Shown here: piece by piece, positions 1 through 13,660 of the stretch
How the letters are laid out: every line of letters starts with the position of its first letter
Position numbering within the stretch: position 1 is the stretch's first letter
Assembly: GCA_963693365.1 (NCBI GenBank)
Contig: CAVNZM010000001.1
Location: 20,592,125-20,656,124, forward strand
Length of the DNA: 64,000 bases
Direction of reading: 5' to 3'
DNA from: Amoebidium appalachense
Lineage: Eukaryota; Protista; Ichthyosporea
Made by a program: the position numbers and the translations under genes
The notes under the pieces: model-generated
Databases searched by the model: none
Seen by the model: the letters and a program-made list of their open reading frames with translations, nothing else
What the model was told of the DNA's origin: nothing

Positions 1-305
1 CAACGGCTCTTTAAGAGATACTACCCTGCATACTGGTGGCTCCTTCAGAGTTACCTCCCACACATATAACTGGTACTTTAAGACGTACCTCTGCTACATA
101 CTGGTGGTTATTTTAAAGGTGCCTCCGATACACACCAGTGGTTCTTTAAGGGGGACACTAGTGGTTATAGAATATGTAACTCCCCTACACACTAGTGGCT
201 ATCCAAGAACAAACACCCATCAATCCTCGTCCCTGTAACCGTATTTATCCCCATGCCCTAAGAAATACTGTGTGCATCGAACCACCCAGGTGCACGTGCC
301 CCCAC

Positions 306-693
306 CTTGGCACACCACCAGGCCGGCCCTGACGGTGCGGAAGTATCCAGGAGCACACTGTCTGCAGTCCGACTCGAAGTATGCCGTCACCTTGCATGTC
401 GACACCACCGCACAGTTTGGGATCCTCCGGCATGCTGCACGGATAAAAATAGCATTCAGTGGCTATTAATAGATGCCGGCACAAGCACTACCCCCAATCG
501 TTTACCTCCACTACCGGAGCTGACCTTCGACTTCCACATATTACTCTCATGGCCGCCAAGGGAGACCCCCTTTCCCCCTCCCCCCTATGCACACACCAAA
601 TATCCCCCCCCTTCCCACCCACCCACCACCACCACTACCCTATATATCCCCCCCTCCCCCATCCCCCCCCCCCACCCCCTCTACGCCCCCCCA

Positions 694-724
<31 letters not shown>

Positions 725-1359
725 ACACACACACAATCACCGCCACTGCCACCAGCTTCTATTTGAAAACTGTATTGCTAAGTGAGGTGACACGTGTGGG
801 TCAACTTAAGACCTGGTGCATACTGGGGTTGGAGTGTTTCAACCGAAACCAGATTATATAAACCATAGATTACCCAAACCAGCACACTCCTTTGCAGCTG
901 TATGTCGTGAAAATGAACACAAACACCCCAAAAAAGGGTGGGCAGAGGGGAGGAAGATAGAGAACAAGCAAGGAAAGAGGGAGTGAATCGGTGAGCTTGG
1001 TGGTGGTGGTTGTGTTATTTTTATTTTTAATTTTGTTTTATTTTTTTATTTTTTAATTTTTATTTTTTTGGGGGGGGAGGGGGGAGGGGGGAGGGGGGGA
1101 GGGAGGATTACCTCCGAAACAGAAATTTTCCGGATTAGTGAACTGGCCCTTGCAGGCGGTGCAGACGTAGTCACCAATGCCATTGCAGCCAGAAAACTTG
1201 GCACAGTTGGTTGTGGGTGTGCATGCTGGGGGAGGGGGGGGGGAGAAGGGGAGTGAGGTAGAGAGAGAGAAAGAGAGGGGGTTGGTGGGGGGGAAGTTGG
1301 GGATAGAGGGGGGAGGGGGGGGGGAATGTATAGAAACGTAATAGATAGATAGATAGGTA

Positions 1360-1406
<47 letters not shown>

Positions 1407-1429
1407 GAGAGAGAGAGAGTGAGTGAGCG

Positions 1430-1481
<52 letters not shown>

Positions 1482-1865
1482 ATGTGTGTATGTGCCTGTT
1501 CAAGCGTGTGCACGTGTGTTGGCACCTGCTGCACGGTATACACACATATGTACACGCAGTTCTCCAAGGAAAATACGTGCACATAATAACAAGTGCTGGG
1601 GTAGCCACGTGCATGTCTGTGAATGGAAACTTTGCTTGTTCTCAATTCGCAATAAAGTGGTCTCACTCTATTACATCACACACCAACCTCCCCCATACAC
1701 CAGCATGCCCTCATATTAACAGACACCCCTTGCACCCCCTTTCACCCCGACACTTACTTTCGCACACGAGTTTTGGCAGTGGGCGCGCATTGGTCACCCT
1801 CGGAAAGGTACCAACCGCACATGACGAGTTGGTGAAGGCAAGTGCCCCGGCTGCACACAGCAGTT

Positions 1866-1930
<65 letters not shown>

Positions 1931-1994
1931 CTTGAACGCGGAACACGGTACGTAGGGCAAGGGGGGTGGGGGGTGGGGGGTGGGGGGTGGGGGG

Positions 1995-2049
<55 letters not shown>

Positions 2050-2239
2050 CGTTGTTTGTGTGTGTGTGTGTGTTTGGGGGGGGGGGGGGGGGGGGATCAA
2101 ATAGCGGACAAGTCTGCAAGTGTGGTGTTGGCGTGCATTCAAATAAAAGTGCGGTGAATAAAGGCTCATAGGGTGTTTTGGTGGTGACAGCGACTCTGGC
2201 CGTTTTTGTGAAGGTGTGTGCTATGCATGTGTGTTTGTG

Positions 2240-2279
<40 letters not shown>

Positions 2280-3429
2280 CAGGTATGTGTGTGTGTGCCC
2301 GTGCGCACTCTCGCAAGTGCATAAGCATTTGTAATTGTTTATGTGGCTGTGGACATGTGGTGTATGACAGTGCAGTTATAGGCATATGTAGCAGCACATG
2401 TGGTGTATGACAGTGCAGTTATAGGCATATGTAGCAGCACATGTGGTGTATGACTGTGCAGTTATAGGCATATGTAGCAGCACATGTGGTGTATGACAGT
2501 GCAGTTATAGGCATATGTAGCAGCACATGTCGTGTCTGACAGTGCAGTTATAGGCATATGTAGCAGCACATGTGGTGTCTGACAGTGCAGTTATAGGCAT
2601 ATGTAGCAGCACATGTGGTGTATGACGGTGCAGTTATAGGCATATGTAGCAGCACATGTGGTGTATGACGGTGCAGTTATAGGCATATGTAGCAGCACAT
2701 GTGGTGTATGACAGTGCAGTTATAGGCATATGTAGCAGCACATGTGGTGTATGACAGTGCAGTTATAGGCATATGTAGCAGCACATGTGGTGTATGACAG
2801 TGCAGTTAGAGGCACATGTAGCAGCACATGTGGTGTATGACAGTGCAGTTATAGGCATATGTAGCAGCACAGGTGCACAAACACAAGCCTGTGAGCTGCT
2901 TATATCCCATGCATGCCTATGCACGCCACTGTGTTCGATATCTCAGCTTGTGCACCTAGAACTATGAGTACCACAGCCCCAAGTGTGCTCATGGCTCTGT
3001 TGATAGTATGCGAATATATTGGGGCTCATAAGTTTCACAATATGCAAGTCCCTCCTTGGGCACACAAGCCTGTAGGTGTGTAAGTGTGTGCACAAGAGTC
3101 TCTCGCTGCCCGCTTGTGTGTGTATGTGTGTTGTGTGCCTTACATGTTGTGCGCACGTGTTGAACGTGTACCTCTCAGAGTGAGTGAGCGGGAACGCGCT
3201 TTGAGTGATCAACGGCTTTGCATAAAAAATTAATTTTCATTTTTTTTCCTCTCTATTTTTTTTTTTTTGTATGCGTGTCTGTGTATATGTGTGTACTTGC
3301 AAACCTGTGTGCTTTTCAGTGTGGGTGCATGTGCACAGAGGACTTTATGCGAGTGTGTGTAAGAGTGGATGTCAATTTGAGTACGGCTATGAGTACCCAA
3401 GTGGCTATGCGCATGTGTTGCGCGCGCGC

Positions 3430-3463
<34 letters not shown>

Positions 3464-3477
3464 ATGTGTTCGTGTGT

Positions 3478-3509
<32 letters not shown>

Positions 3510-3539
3510 TTGTGTGTGCGTCTGTGTGTGTATGTGTGT

Positions 3540-3608
<69 letters not shown>

Positions 3609-3943
3609 TTGTGCGCGCTTGCTTGCGTGTGTGTGAGCACACGCCTGCGTATTCCCTGCGGTGTCATACGTGTGGTCGAAAACATGTACAGATGTCTGTG
3701 ACATTTATGACAGTGTGTGCTCATTGCACATACGAGGCAGCTCCGCTCGATAATGTTTGTGTTAGCGAAAAAGTACGCGTAGTTGCAGACGACAAGCAGG
3801 GACATCCCACCTGTGAAGAGCCTAAGGACTTTTGCCTTCGAAAAACAGCTCGACCAGTCTCTTCACATACAAGAAAGTAAACTAGGTCGCAAAGCAACAA
3901 ATATGCCTACCGGGGGGGGGGGGGGGGGGGGGAGGGTGACTGG

Positions 3944-3978
<35 letters not shown>

Positions 3979-4066
3979 GGTGGCCGTGGCGTGTGCGCGT
4001 ACCTGCTTGGTGCACGTGCGACAGCAGCAGCGCGCCCAGGCACCCAGCCAGGACAAGGAGACTCAT
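306..4066 (-). CDS. Secreted Cys-rich repeat protein (furin-like/VSP-like CxxC modules), first 4 exons; continues beyond the left edge
   Basis: Exons 4066-4003 (MSLLVLAGCLGALLLSHVHQA, signal-peptide-like), 1850-1758 (GALAFTNSSCAVGTFPRVTNARPLPKLVCE), 1225-1112 (CTPTTNCAKFSGCNGIGDYVCTACKGQFTNPENFCFG), 434-306 (CRRIPNCAVVSTCKVTAYFESDCRQCAPGYFRTVRAGLVVCQ). All introns are GT-AG and phase 1; internal exons are 93/114/129 nt and join in frame. Confidence 0.75.
2353..2870. repeat. 43-bp minisatellite, ~12 copies, intronic
   Basis: Unit ACATGTGGTGTATGACAGTGCAGTTATAGGCATATGTAGCAGC starts at 2353, 2396 and so on, head-to-tail, without spacers. Confidence 0.95.
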
Positions 4067-5721
4067 CTCAGGCGGGCACCTGGCTGCATGGGGACGGACG
4101 GCACAAAAGCCTACGGACTACCAGGGGTGGGGAACACGGCCAAGTGCCGCCCAGAGGGCTAGGAACTAAACGGCTAGCTGAAGGGAAAAAAGAACGGGAA
4201 GAGGAACGGAAGTAGCGACCAACACCTCAAATGTGAAGTTGTGCCTGTGAATCCGCGCGTATGAGGCTGCACGAAGGCGTATTGCAGAGCCATAAGATGG
4301 GAGGCACTACGCGTATATATGCCTGTGGCACTATAGGTGGCTGTGTGAGTTGGCAGAAACGTGCCTGCAGTGTGATTTGCCATGCACCAATTGAGTGGGG
4401 AAATGGCCCAAGCTACAGCCAACAATACCTGTACTGCTGTGTGTATGTACAATTTCTAGCAATTTTGAGTGCACACTTCCATATATATCAAAAAAATCGA
4501 CATTTCGGCAACGTTAGATCTAGAAGGGCACCAAGAAAAGTGCCGCTGCACGTTCGCTTGACTGAGCAGCTTGGCGCGCGGCAACACGACCGAACCAAGC
4601 GGAGATGAAGAAAGCGCAACAAATTTATAATGCTGCACACCCATTGGAGTTTACCAACGTTTTAAAGCAAATATCATAAAGTTATCTGTCGGGGTCTCTT
4701 GATTGGCTCAGCAAAATGAATTATTTTATGTCGCGGCAAACTTTGATTGGCTTCCACTGTATTGCTGGAATGCTACGGCTTTTCAGATCCACCGACCCGC
4801 GTGACCGTCACCGTCCCCGGCAAACAGCACACACAACCGTTCCCAGTATAACCTGCAACCAAAATCAAAATAAAAAATAAATGGAAAAGAAAGCAAACAG
4901 TATACATTCTTAAAAATTAAAAAAGCTTGTAATGCCAAAATACTATTAACTTATGCACCCACCAGTAGGTAGATGAAGCCAGCTCAGCCAAGGTAGTAGA
5001 CGATTACAGTAGGCTGCCAGTCAGTGGTGCACATGTGGTGCAGCTGTGTCGTTCTCAAGGCCTGAGCCTCAGGCCTACAATAATTGGAGGCCTTGGTCAG
5101 CCAAGCCGACGCGCGCAGACATCCCAGACTGGTACATGAAGTCGGACCGGATCACTTCCAGCGGTCACCCACAAAAAAATATAGGGAAAAAGGAAAATGA
5201 TAAAATAAAAAAAAAGATTTCCACCTGCTCCTAAAGCACGCACAGACATATGATGCTCGCACATCTGAGATCATGGGCACAGTGACCAATACCGGGCTGG
5301 CGGGTGCAACCCCCCTCCTCTAAAAACCCCACAAAACCCGAATAAAAAATAAACAGCATCACAGTCGGAAAAAAAAGGTGAATGAAAGCTATATTAATTT
5401 TTATGGGTATGCACGCAGTTATGTACGTACGAGTGAATTTATATGTATAGACGGCCAGGAAGCTCAGCCGTAGACCTATGGGGACTGAGAATATTAGAAA
5501 TGGACAATTAGACTTATTTGCTTTGAGTTGCAAATCAAAAAGTTGGAACAAGGGGGGAACAAGGGAAAACAATCTGGGGTGAGCCGATTCTAACTTCGCA
5601 GAAGCTGATTCGTTCTTTGTTGCACACCTGCCATAAAAGGGTTGTTTGGGCTCTACTTTCCATCCAATAAAAACGACATACGCACACGACCGTGGTGGCG
5701 GCAAAACAAAAGTCCCAGAAA

Positions 5722-6523
5722 ATGTTGCGTTTATGTCTTCGTTCATCAGTTTTTTCCTGCGGTCAAAGAGTAACAGCTAGCAAAACAATTCTTGCACCCC
5801 GGTGGTTTACTACAACAAAAGGTAGGCGTGGGGTGTGCCCGTATATGTATGCTGCTTGGTGGGCGGTGGGCCATGGCGGAAATGTGTCCCCCGTTTACAC
5901 TTCCTGCTTCATCCCTTGCCCGTGTTCGCCTTCCCTTGTCATTCTTTTTGCCTTCAAACTTGAATACTTCGTTGAAAGCGTTCCTACCTTCTTTGCCCCC
6001 GCCCTAGGGCAACCACATGAACTGAGCCTTCGGCTCCTCAGGCACTATGGCACCCATGAAGTACCGAAGGCTGGGCGGGTCAGGGCTGCTTGTGTCCGAG
6101 CTGTCGTTTGGCAGCTGGGTGACGTTCAGCACGCAGGTGGATGTGCAGGCGGCATACGAGTTGATGAAGGCTGCATACGGCCACGGTATCAACTTCTTCG
6201 ATAATGCGGAGGTGAGGGGTGGGGTTGGTGGGGCAGGTTGGTGTTTGGGGCCTGGACAGGACGAAGTCATAGAAGATGAGTGGAAGGGGAACAAGTGTGT
6301 TTAATGGATTGCCTGGCGGAGCAAAAGTGGTTGAGTTTGGTTGTCTGTTTGTTTTCGGGTGCCCGGTACAGTATGTTTGTTTGTTGTATTCGCTGAAGAT
6401 TATCAGTTGTGGGTCTTTTGCTATCTTGCAAGGTCATTGCATTGAGAAATGCATCTGAACCCTCCACCTCCCCCCTCCCCCCCCCCTTAAAAAAAAAAAT
6501 TAAACCTATCCAAAAACACCCCC

Positions 6524-6579
<56 letters not shown>

Positions 6580-7283
6580 ACATGCAAATGCACACAGAAA
6601 CAGGAAAACATTCACACCTACACCCTTTGTACTTTACTCTCCTGGGTACTGCAGTCTACCCCCCCCCCCCCCCCTCCCCCGGGGGGGGGGAGGGAGAAGG
6701 TCACCTTCCATCACCACACCCCAATTGTTCTACACTATGCACATTCACAAATACCACCACCTTGTCACTGTGTACTACGTGCTATGCATTTGACGTAGCA
6801 CAAGTTGTGCTACACCTGTCTTCCGCCTACAAAGCTCCCCCCCCTCCCCCCCCCCCCCCCCCCTCCCCCGGCCGCCTTTTTAGATATCTAGATTGCCACT
6901 AGAACTTATAATATCTTCTACCTTCGTTCCCGGCTTAGCGCTACCAGTAGCTGTCTGCTCATCATCATTAGCTGAGTTTTCTGATCGTAATATCACTGGC
7001 CACAGACATATGCTGCCGGCAAGTCTGAAGAAGTGATGGGCGAGGCTATCCAAATCGGTCTGAAGAATGGCACCTGGGAACGAGAGGATCTGGTGAGTGG
7101 CTATGGGTGTGGCTGGAGTGGTTGTGTTTCGTCTGGGGAGGGGGGGGGGAGGGAGGGGGGGGGGGGGGGGGGAGGGCACACCGCTGATTACGATGAAAGA
7201 GGACTTCTGTATGCACAGTGGCTCGTCCCGATAGGTCTTTGTTTTGTCTTGGAAATGCTACTGCACCCTCTCTTCCTACCATC

Positions 7284-7349
<66 letters not shown>

Positions 7350-8366
7350 TCTCCCCTTCAAACACGAAAATCTTTGGACTAAGGTAGCCATGCTGTCTCC
7401 AACTGCATCAACTTCTCAGATGGTGTTCTTGCATACGGACACACACACACACACACACACACTGACTGCCTGCCCGTAGGTTGTGAGCACCAAGGTGTTC
7501 TTTGGCACCAAGAAGGGCCCCAACAGGCAGGGGCTGAGCCGCAAGCACATCATCGAGGGTGCCCTTGCGGCCTGCAAGCGGTTCCAGCTGGACTATGTGG
7601 ACCTGATTTTCTGCCACCGCCCTGACAGCACCGTGCCCATCGAGGAGACGGTAGGGGGGAGGGGGGAAGGGGGGAGAGGGAATGGGATAGGGGAAAGAGA
7701 GTGAGCCCGGAGGGGGGGGGGGAGGAGGGGGAGGTGGCATGTGTTGGGTGGTAGAGAGGACGTGAATGAAGATTGTTTGACTGTAATAAGGGAAGGCAAT
7801 GCAGGGGATTATAAATGGAGGAGAGAGGATGGTGCTGTGTGCTGCTGTTAAAAAGACTAATGGGTTGCATTCATGATGGTGGTTGTGTTTGTGTCGTAAG
7901 TCCTGTGGTTTGGTGAGTATTTGTGGTGCTCTTGTGTGTGTGTGGTGGTGGTGGCGGTGAGGGGGGGAAGGGGGGGTAGTACTTTGCTGCAAGCAGAACA
8001 CGGCCAACTGAAATGTTGCAGGTGAGGGCCATGCACAGTGTCATCGAGAGGGGTCTGGCCTTCTACTGGGGTAAGTGCATAATTGTGTCCTCTCCCCCCC
8101 CCCCCCCCCCCCTCCCCCCTCCCCCTTGATTTGTGCATCGTATTCATCTCAAGCATTCAGCCCCAATGCATTCCGTCTATGTGTGCTTTTGCACTCTACA
8201 TTGTGTTGTCCGTCACGAATATGAACGTTGTGCTCTGTAATGATAATCCCCCCCCCCCCCCCCCCCCCCCGGGGGGCGGGAAAGCGGGAAAAAAATCGGG
8301 GTTGGCGCTCGCTGACTGTTCTCCAGAAGGGGGTTTGGGATGGCGGCACTGGTGTTGGTGTGTAGT

Positions 8367-8414
<48 letters not shown>

Positions 8415-9755
8415 GTTTGTTTGTTTGGGAGGGGAGGGGGGGGGGGGGGGGGGTTTGCAGAAAAGCATTGTTTCTTTGTTGTGTGTGGGTGAGGAATGGT
8501 ACCGGTGGCTTAGGGGCCATGGCAAACAAGCCGGGGAATGGGTTTAAAAGGGAGCTTTCTTGAACCGGAGCTTTGTTGGTGTTTGTCATGTTCGGAAACT
8601 ACCTAGTTCCCAGGGGTTTTATTTGGTTGTTGAGTGTGTGTTTGCACGGGTACGCACGTGCTCATGTGCCCGAGAAGTGTTATGTAGTTGGGAGGATGTT
8701 TTGTTGTGGCACTGACACACCCTTTGTCACACTCACAGGCACCAGTGAGTGGTCTGCCCAGCAAATCAGTGAGGCCATCCACCATGCAGACCGCCTGGGC
8801 CTGCACCGGCCGGTACGTGCGTTCTTGTGATGATTTTGCTCATGCATGCTGGGGTCATGGGCTGTGTTGGTACATAGGATGAGTGAGGATACTTACTCGA
8901 AAAAGGACACCAATAAGGGGGGGGGGGGGGGGAGGGGGGGAGGGGAGGGGAGGGGAGGGGAAGGGGCCTGAGGAAGTGGTTGGGAAGGGCAGGATGATCA
9001 TGGATGAAAAAAAAAATTCTGTGGTTTTAGCCATCCGCGCCCAGGAGTGTGTGTGTGGTGGTGGTGGTGGTTGGTCGGGAGTAAGTGCCGGGGGGAAAGG
9101 GGGCGGAGTGCCAATGGGGTCGTATGGTGTAAGCTGCGGATTTGTTTTTTTTTTTTTCTGGGAAAGAGGGTTTGGAATGATGATTCGATAGTGGCACAAT
9201 CAGCAGTTGTAAAGGCGTGCTGCAGAGTGATGGTGTGTGGCATAGCCAGCAGGGTGCAGATCGAAGCATTGGCCCCAGTGTTTAGTTCTCCTGTCCTGGC
9301 TATTTGCATGCTCACACAGATGTGCACACAGCTATATGACCACTCTACTAAGTTTTTGTTCACTTGGGTTAACAACACCTACCATACGTATGTACATCAC
9401 ATTGCTGGAAAATCAGGAGAGCGAGGCTCTTCCACGATTACTGTTCCACACCCTCATAACCCCCCCCCTCCCCCCCAACACCCACCCACCCACACGCACG
9501 CACATCCTTCCCCCTTTCCGAAAGACTGGTTTACCATACATACATACTATGCTCAGTAACACATTCTACCCCCCCCCCCCCCCCCCCTCTCCAGGTCATG
9601 GACCAGTCGCACTACAACATGTTCGTGCGTGACCGTGTGGAGAAGGACTATGTGCCCCTGTACAAGGACTACCAGTGGGGCCTGACCACATGGTCCCCCC
9701 TGGCCTCAGGCATCCTCACCGGCAAATACTCCGGAAAGAATGTCCCTGAGGTATC

Positions 9756-9811
<56 letters not shown>

Positions 9812-10719
9812 AAAAAAAAAAAAAAACGAGGCTACTTGCTCTATGTGATATTTGCTTCTCTTCTATTAGGCAATAAAGCCTTAGAAAACAACTATACAGA
9901 GGTCTGACATCCAAGCTCACCACCCCTCATCAGAAGGATTCGTTGCAAGATTTGAAAGTTTTACAGAACTGTTCACCACACTTGGATAGCCACATCTATC
10001 CACACATACCTACTATCACATTTGCAAGCCAAATTCAATTGCTTAGGCACACCTGCTCGTGCGCGCACACACACTCACATGCACACACGTACACACCTAT
10101 CACTCTCTCTCACTTCCCAGCTCCCCCTCTCCCTCTCCATCTCCCTCTCCCTCTCCCTGTCTCTTCCTCCCCCCTCCCCCCTCACCCCCTTCCCTCCCCT
10201 CTCCTTCTCCCCCCCCCCCCCCCCCTCCCCCCCTCCTCTTGCCCCTCCCTGACTGCAAGCATTAGGGCGGTGCTCCCCCTCGTGCCCGTTTTACCGCTTG
10301 AACTATAGCCATGCTCTCTGGCCGTGCCCCATTCCGACACTTCTATCCGCAGGGCTCACGGCTGTCGCTGCCGGACTACCAGTGGCTGCGTGAGCGCATG
10401 CTAGGGGAGAATGCGTGGCAGATCGAGAAGGCCGACCAGCTGCAGCCCATAGCAAAGGAGCTGGGCTGCAGCCTGGCACAGCTGGCCGTGGCCTGGTGTC
10501 TGCGAAACAAAAACGTCTCCACTGTGGTGGGTAGGGGGGGGGGTGGGTGTGTTTTTGTTGCGAGGGGAACGGGTTTGTGGGGGAGGGGATGCACAATTTG
10601 TCTTTCTTTTCCAGCGCAAAACAGTGCAGTGTTCCGAACTGGCACCTTCATGCAGTGTGTTTTCATGTTCTCGAGCACAGATTTAGTGGTGGGCAGAACC
10701 CCGAGGAGGGAAGGGGGCA

Positions 10720-10760
<41 letters not shown>

Positions 10761-11284
10761 CTGAATCATTAACACCCCCCCCCCCCCCCCCGGCCCGCAC
10801 ACACACACGCGCGCACAAAAATAAAGAAAGAAAGAAGCGGGCAAAAAAAAATACAACCGCGAGTTTGGGTGTTCTTGCCCCTATCAAGGCCTTCCACGAG
10901 TTTTCTACAGATGATTCATAATTCCTGTCTGTTAGGTACGTATTCTCTGTGTACTCTACACCGTCTTAATTTTGCGTCTCACTAGACAGGTGCACCACCT
11001 GTGTTAAGATACTAACCCTCTCCCACCCTCTTCTCCTCCACACACACCGTGGCGCGCGCCGCGCGCACGCACAAACACAAACACACACACGCACACACAC
11101 ATACACACACACACTTCAGATCCTTGGAGCCACGTCTCTGACGCAGCTTGAGGAGAACATCAAGTCACTTGACGTGGTGGACAAGCTGACCGATGACGTC
11201 ATGGACCACATCGAGAAGGTGCTCGAAACAAAGCCCAAGCCCGACCCAACCATGGCAATGGTGGAGGGCCTGCGCACGTACTAG
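5722..11284 (+). CDS. KCNAB: Aldo-keto reductase, AKR6 / voltage-gated K+ channel beta-subunit-like
   Basis: Exons 5722-5821 (optional N-terminal extension), 6042-6211, 7006-7092, 7480-7650, 8022-8070, 8739-8812, 9595-9750, 10353-10526, 11120-11284, all GT-AG and in frame. Motifs: [111 protein letters not shown]. Core ATG at 6047. Confidence 0.93.
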
Positions 11285-13225
11285 TTGCACACAGTACGAG
11301 TTGCACAGTGTGCACACAGTAGTTACGTATTAGTTGCACTGTGTGCACACAGTACTAGTTGCACGGTGTGCACGGTGTGCACACAGTTTATGTGTAGATG
11401 TGGCACAGTGTGCACGCAGGTGACCACGGTGTACCGTGTGCTTCATCCTGTAGCCTGCATTTCTCTTGTACTCGAGCTCACTGTCACTTACGAACTACAC
11501 TATATATGGTGCTTTTTTAAAGTTTTCTTTTCTTCTTTTTTTTTTTCGTTTTTGCTTTATTTGTGTATTTTGATTTTACCGGCACTCATAGATGCCAAGA
11601 CTTGGGAGTCTGTGAGTATGAAATCAGATGGTTGGCAGGGCACACCTGGTCCAAGCAGGTGCCCGGTCACTTGTGAAGATTGTACAGTAGACGTAGTGCA
11701 CTATGATGATTATTAGTTGGGGCCCAGCGTGTACTCTGACACCTGTGCGAGCAGCTGTACCACAGAATTAGTACTGTGTGTCATGTTACATGAATGTTGT
11801 TTGCTAAATTGAACCGCCTTACTGTTGCAAACACGAAAGGCCAACATTCCTTGCTCAAATTACAGAAGTTGTTATAGGTGCGCCCTTGTTTGGGGACCTA
11901 TGCAGGTATCATAAATCTTGCATGCGCTAGCATGGAAATTGCGAACCCACCCTTCATGTTCTGTGCACCGCATGCATATCTGATCGAAACAGGTGCTCTG
12001 TGTACATGTATACCTTTGAGTACGTGTAATGTGTGTGTGCAACAATGTACATCATGCGGCATTCGTGACTGTCCTTTGAATGCGCATATGCACTGTGTGA
12101 TGGTAACCGTCGCCAGTACCATTACAATTTCGATATATGTAGTGGTGGTGGACGCTCCTTCACATTCAACCTCCCCACCCCCCCCCCCCCCCTTCCCCCC
12201 CCCCAGCCCCCCTCCACCCCCCTTCCAGATCCTCCCAGAGCCGCTTGAAGTGTCTGCATGCCATGTACGTGTGTCACTGGGTATACGTGATTCGCTGTTT
12301 GGGGGGGGGGGGGGGGGGGAGGGGGGGGGGGGGTACGTAAGTGGCAATGAGGGGATCCAGGCTGAACGGACCATATTTATAGGAGCTGGAGTGTGTTTTC
12401 ACGTCTTTCACATGACTTGGTCGAAACCAATGGTATACCATTCATGCCTTAGGTAGGAAGGTATCGACCAGATTTGACATGGATGTGTATATTGTCGGGC
12501 ATTTGCACGTGTGACTCCCTTACTTCCCCTGCTCCTCCTCTGCCGACCCACCCCCCTTTGCGACCCAGGGGCAAATACCGGTGCGGGTGGGTGGGTGGTG
12601 GTGGTGGTGGTGGTGGGGAGGGGGGGGGGGGGGGGGGGGGATATTGTGGCGTGAATGCCCTGGTACACACATCGTGGCACATACACGGGCTGATCTAACT
12701 AGAACCAGCACTGTGTAGACACACACCAGGCAGCACCTTGATAAAAATAGTCAACAGCAAGCCAGCTGTGTTGGCACCGTTCTGGTCCTTTTTAGTGGGT
12801 CGTAAGGGTCTGGCTCGACAACCAGTTGTACACTTTGTAGCTTAGCTCGCTAGTGCCTGTTACACTACACATATAGGTTGGATAAGGCATTTTCAATAAT
12901 TCTCAGTGCATACACCAGAGGGCATATTCAGAAGGACACGAGGTACTAAACGTGGCTACGACAGCAATGCAGGACACTGAGGCGTCCTTCCCTCAGCCGC
13001 CTAGAAAAGGGGCAGAGAGCAAAGGCTTAACCGAAAAAGTTGCTTTCGCCTAACTCTTGTGCTCAACCCCGCTAAATGACAAACGTATATATTTCTATTT
13101 AGTATAGATATATCTGAATTTCTTGATATGCGTAAGCCACAAGCCCTTCGGGAGATTATAAGAAGAAAGAAAACGGGGAGAAGAAAGCAAACCGTGGCCT
13201 AAAAATAGCTGCAACTTTTTAAAAA

Positions 13226-13660
13226 CTATTCGAACAGTTCATCCAGCAAGTCAAAAAACGCTAGAGTCTGTGTAGGTTCTGGGGTTACGGCAGTGGCAAG
13301 GGGTTTGCAGTATCCATATTTTGCCAGCAGGGCGGTGAAGGCCTCTTGGTCTGTCTTGACGTTCAGACACTGCCTCTCGCCACTGACCAGGTACCAGCCC
13401 TTCTCCTGCTTCTGGAACAGCACATATCCAGTCTCGCACAACACGGGGTACTCGTAGCCCTGCGGCTTGCTGAAGTCATACACCGGCCCGGACGAGCCCA
13501 GCAGGTACTCGACCCCGTCGCAGGCCTTTGTTGGCGTGCCCGCCTTGTATTCGTAAGTGATGTCTTTCATGGTCAGCGGCCCAATTTGAATGGGTCGGGG
13601 CACGGGGGCAGCAAATACGGCGCTGCACAGAGCGCCGGTGATGAAGAGAAGGGCGTTCAT
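13226..13660 (-). CDS. Intronless small secreted protein (144 aa), unknown family
   Basis: Clean ORF from ATG 13660: MNALLFITGALCSAVFA-APVP (hydrophobic signal peptide with AxA cleavage site), 4 Cys in the mature part, C/G-ending codons, no microsatellite content. Confidence 0.75.
   Translation of the reverse strand: MNALLFITGALCSAVFAAPVPRPIQIGPLTMKDITYEYKAGTPTKACDGVEYLLGSSGPVYDFSKPQGYEYPVLCETGYVLFQKQEKGWYLVSGERQCLNVKTDQEAFTALLAKYGYCKPLATAVTPEPTQTLAFFDLLDELFE

Noticed and set aside
2353-2870. Regular 43-bp repeat resembling a CRISPR array
   Set aside because: Head-to-tail copies with no unique spacers, no cas genes, and a eukaryotic intron context.
5058-5076. Short palindrome AGGCCTGAG-C-CTCAGGCCT
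   Set aside because: A 9-bp stem with no supporting context could be chance or a simple binding site.
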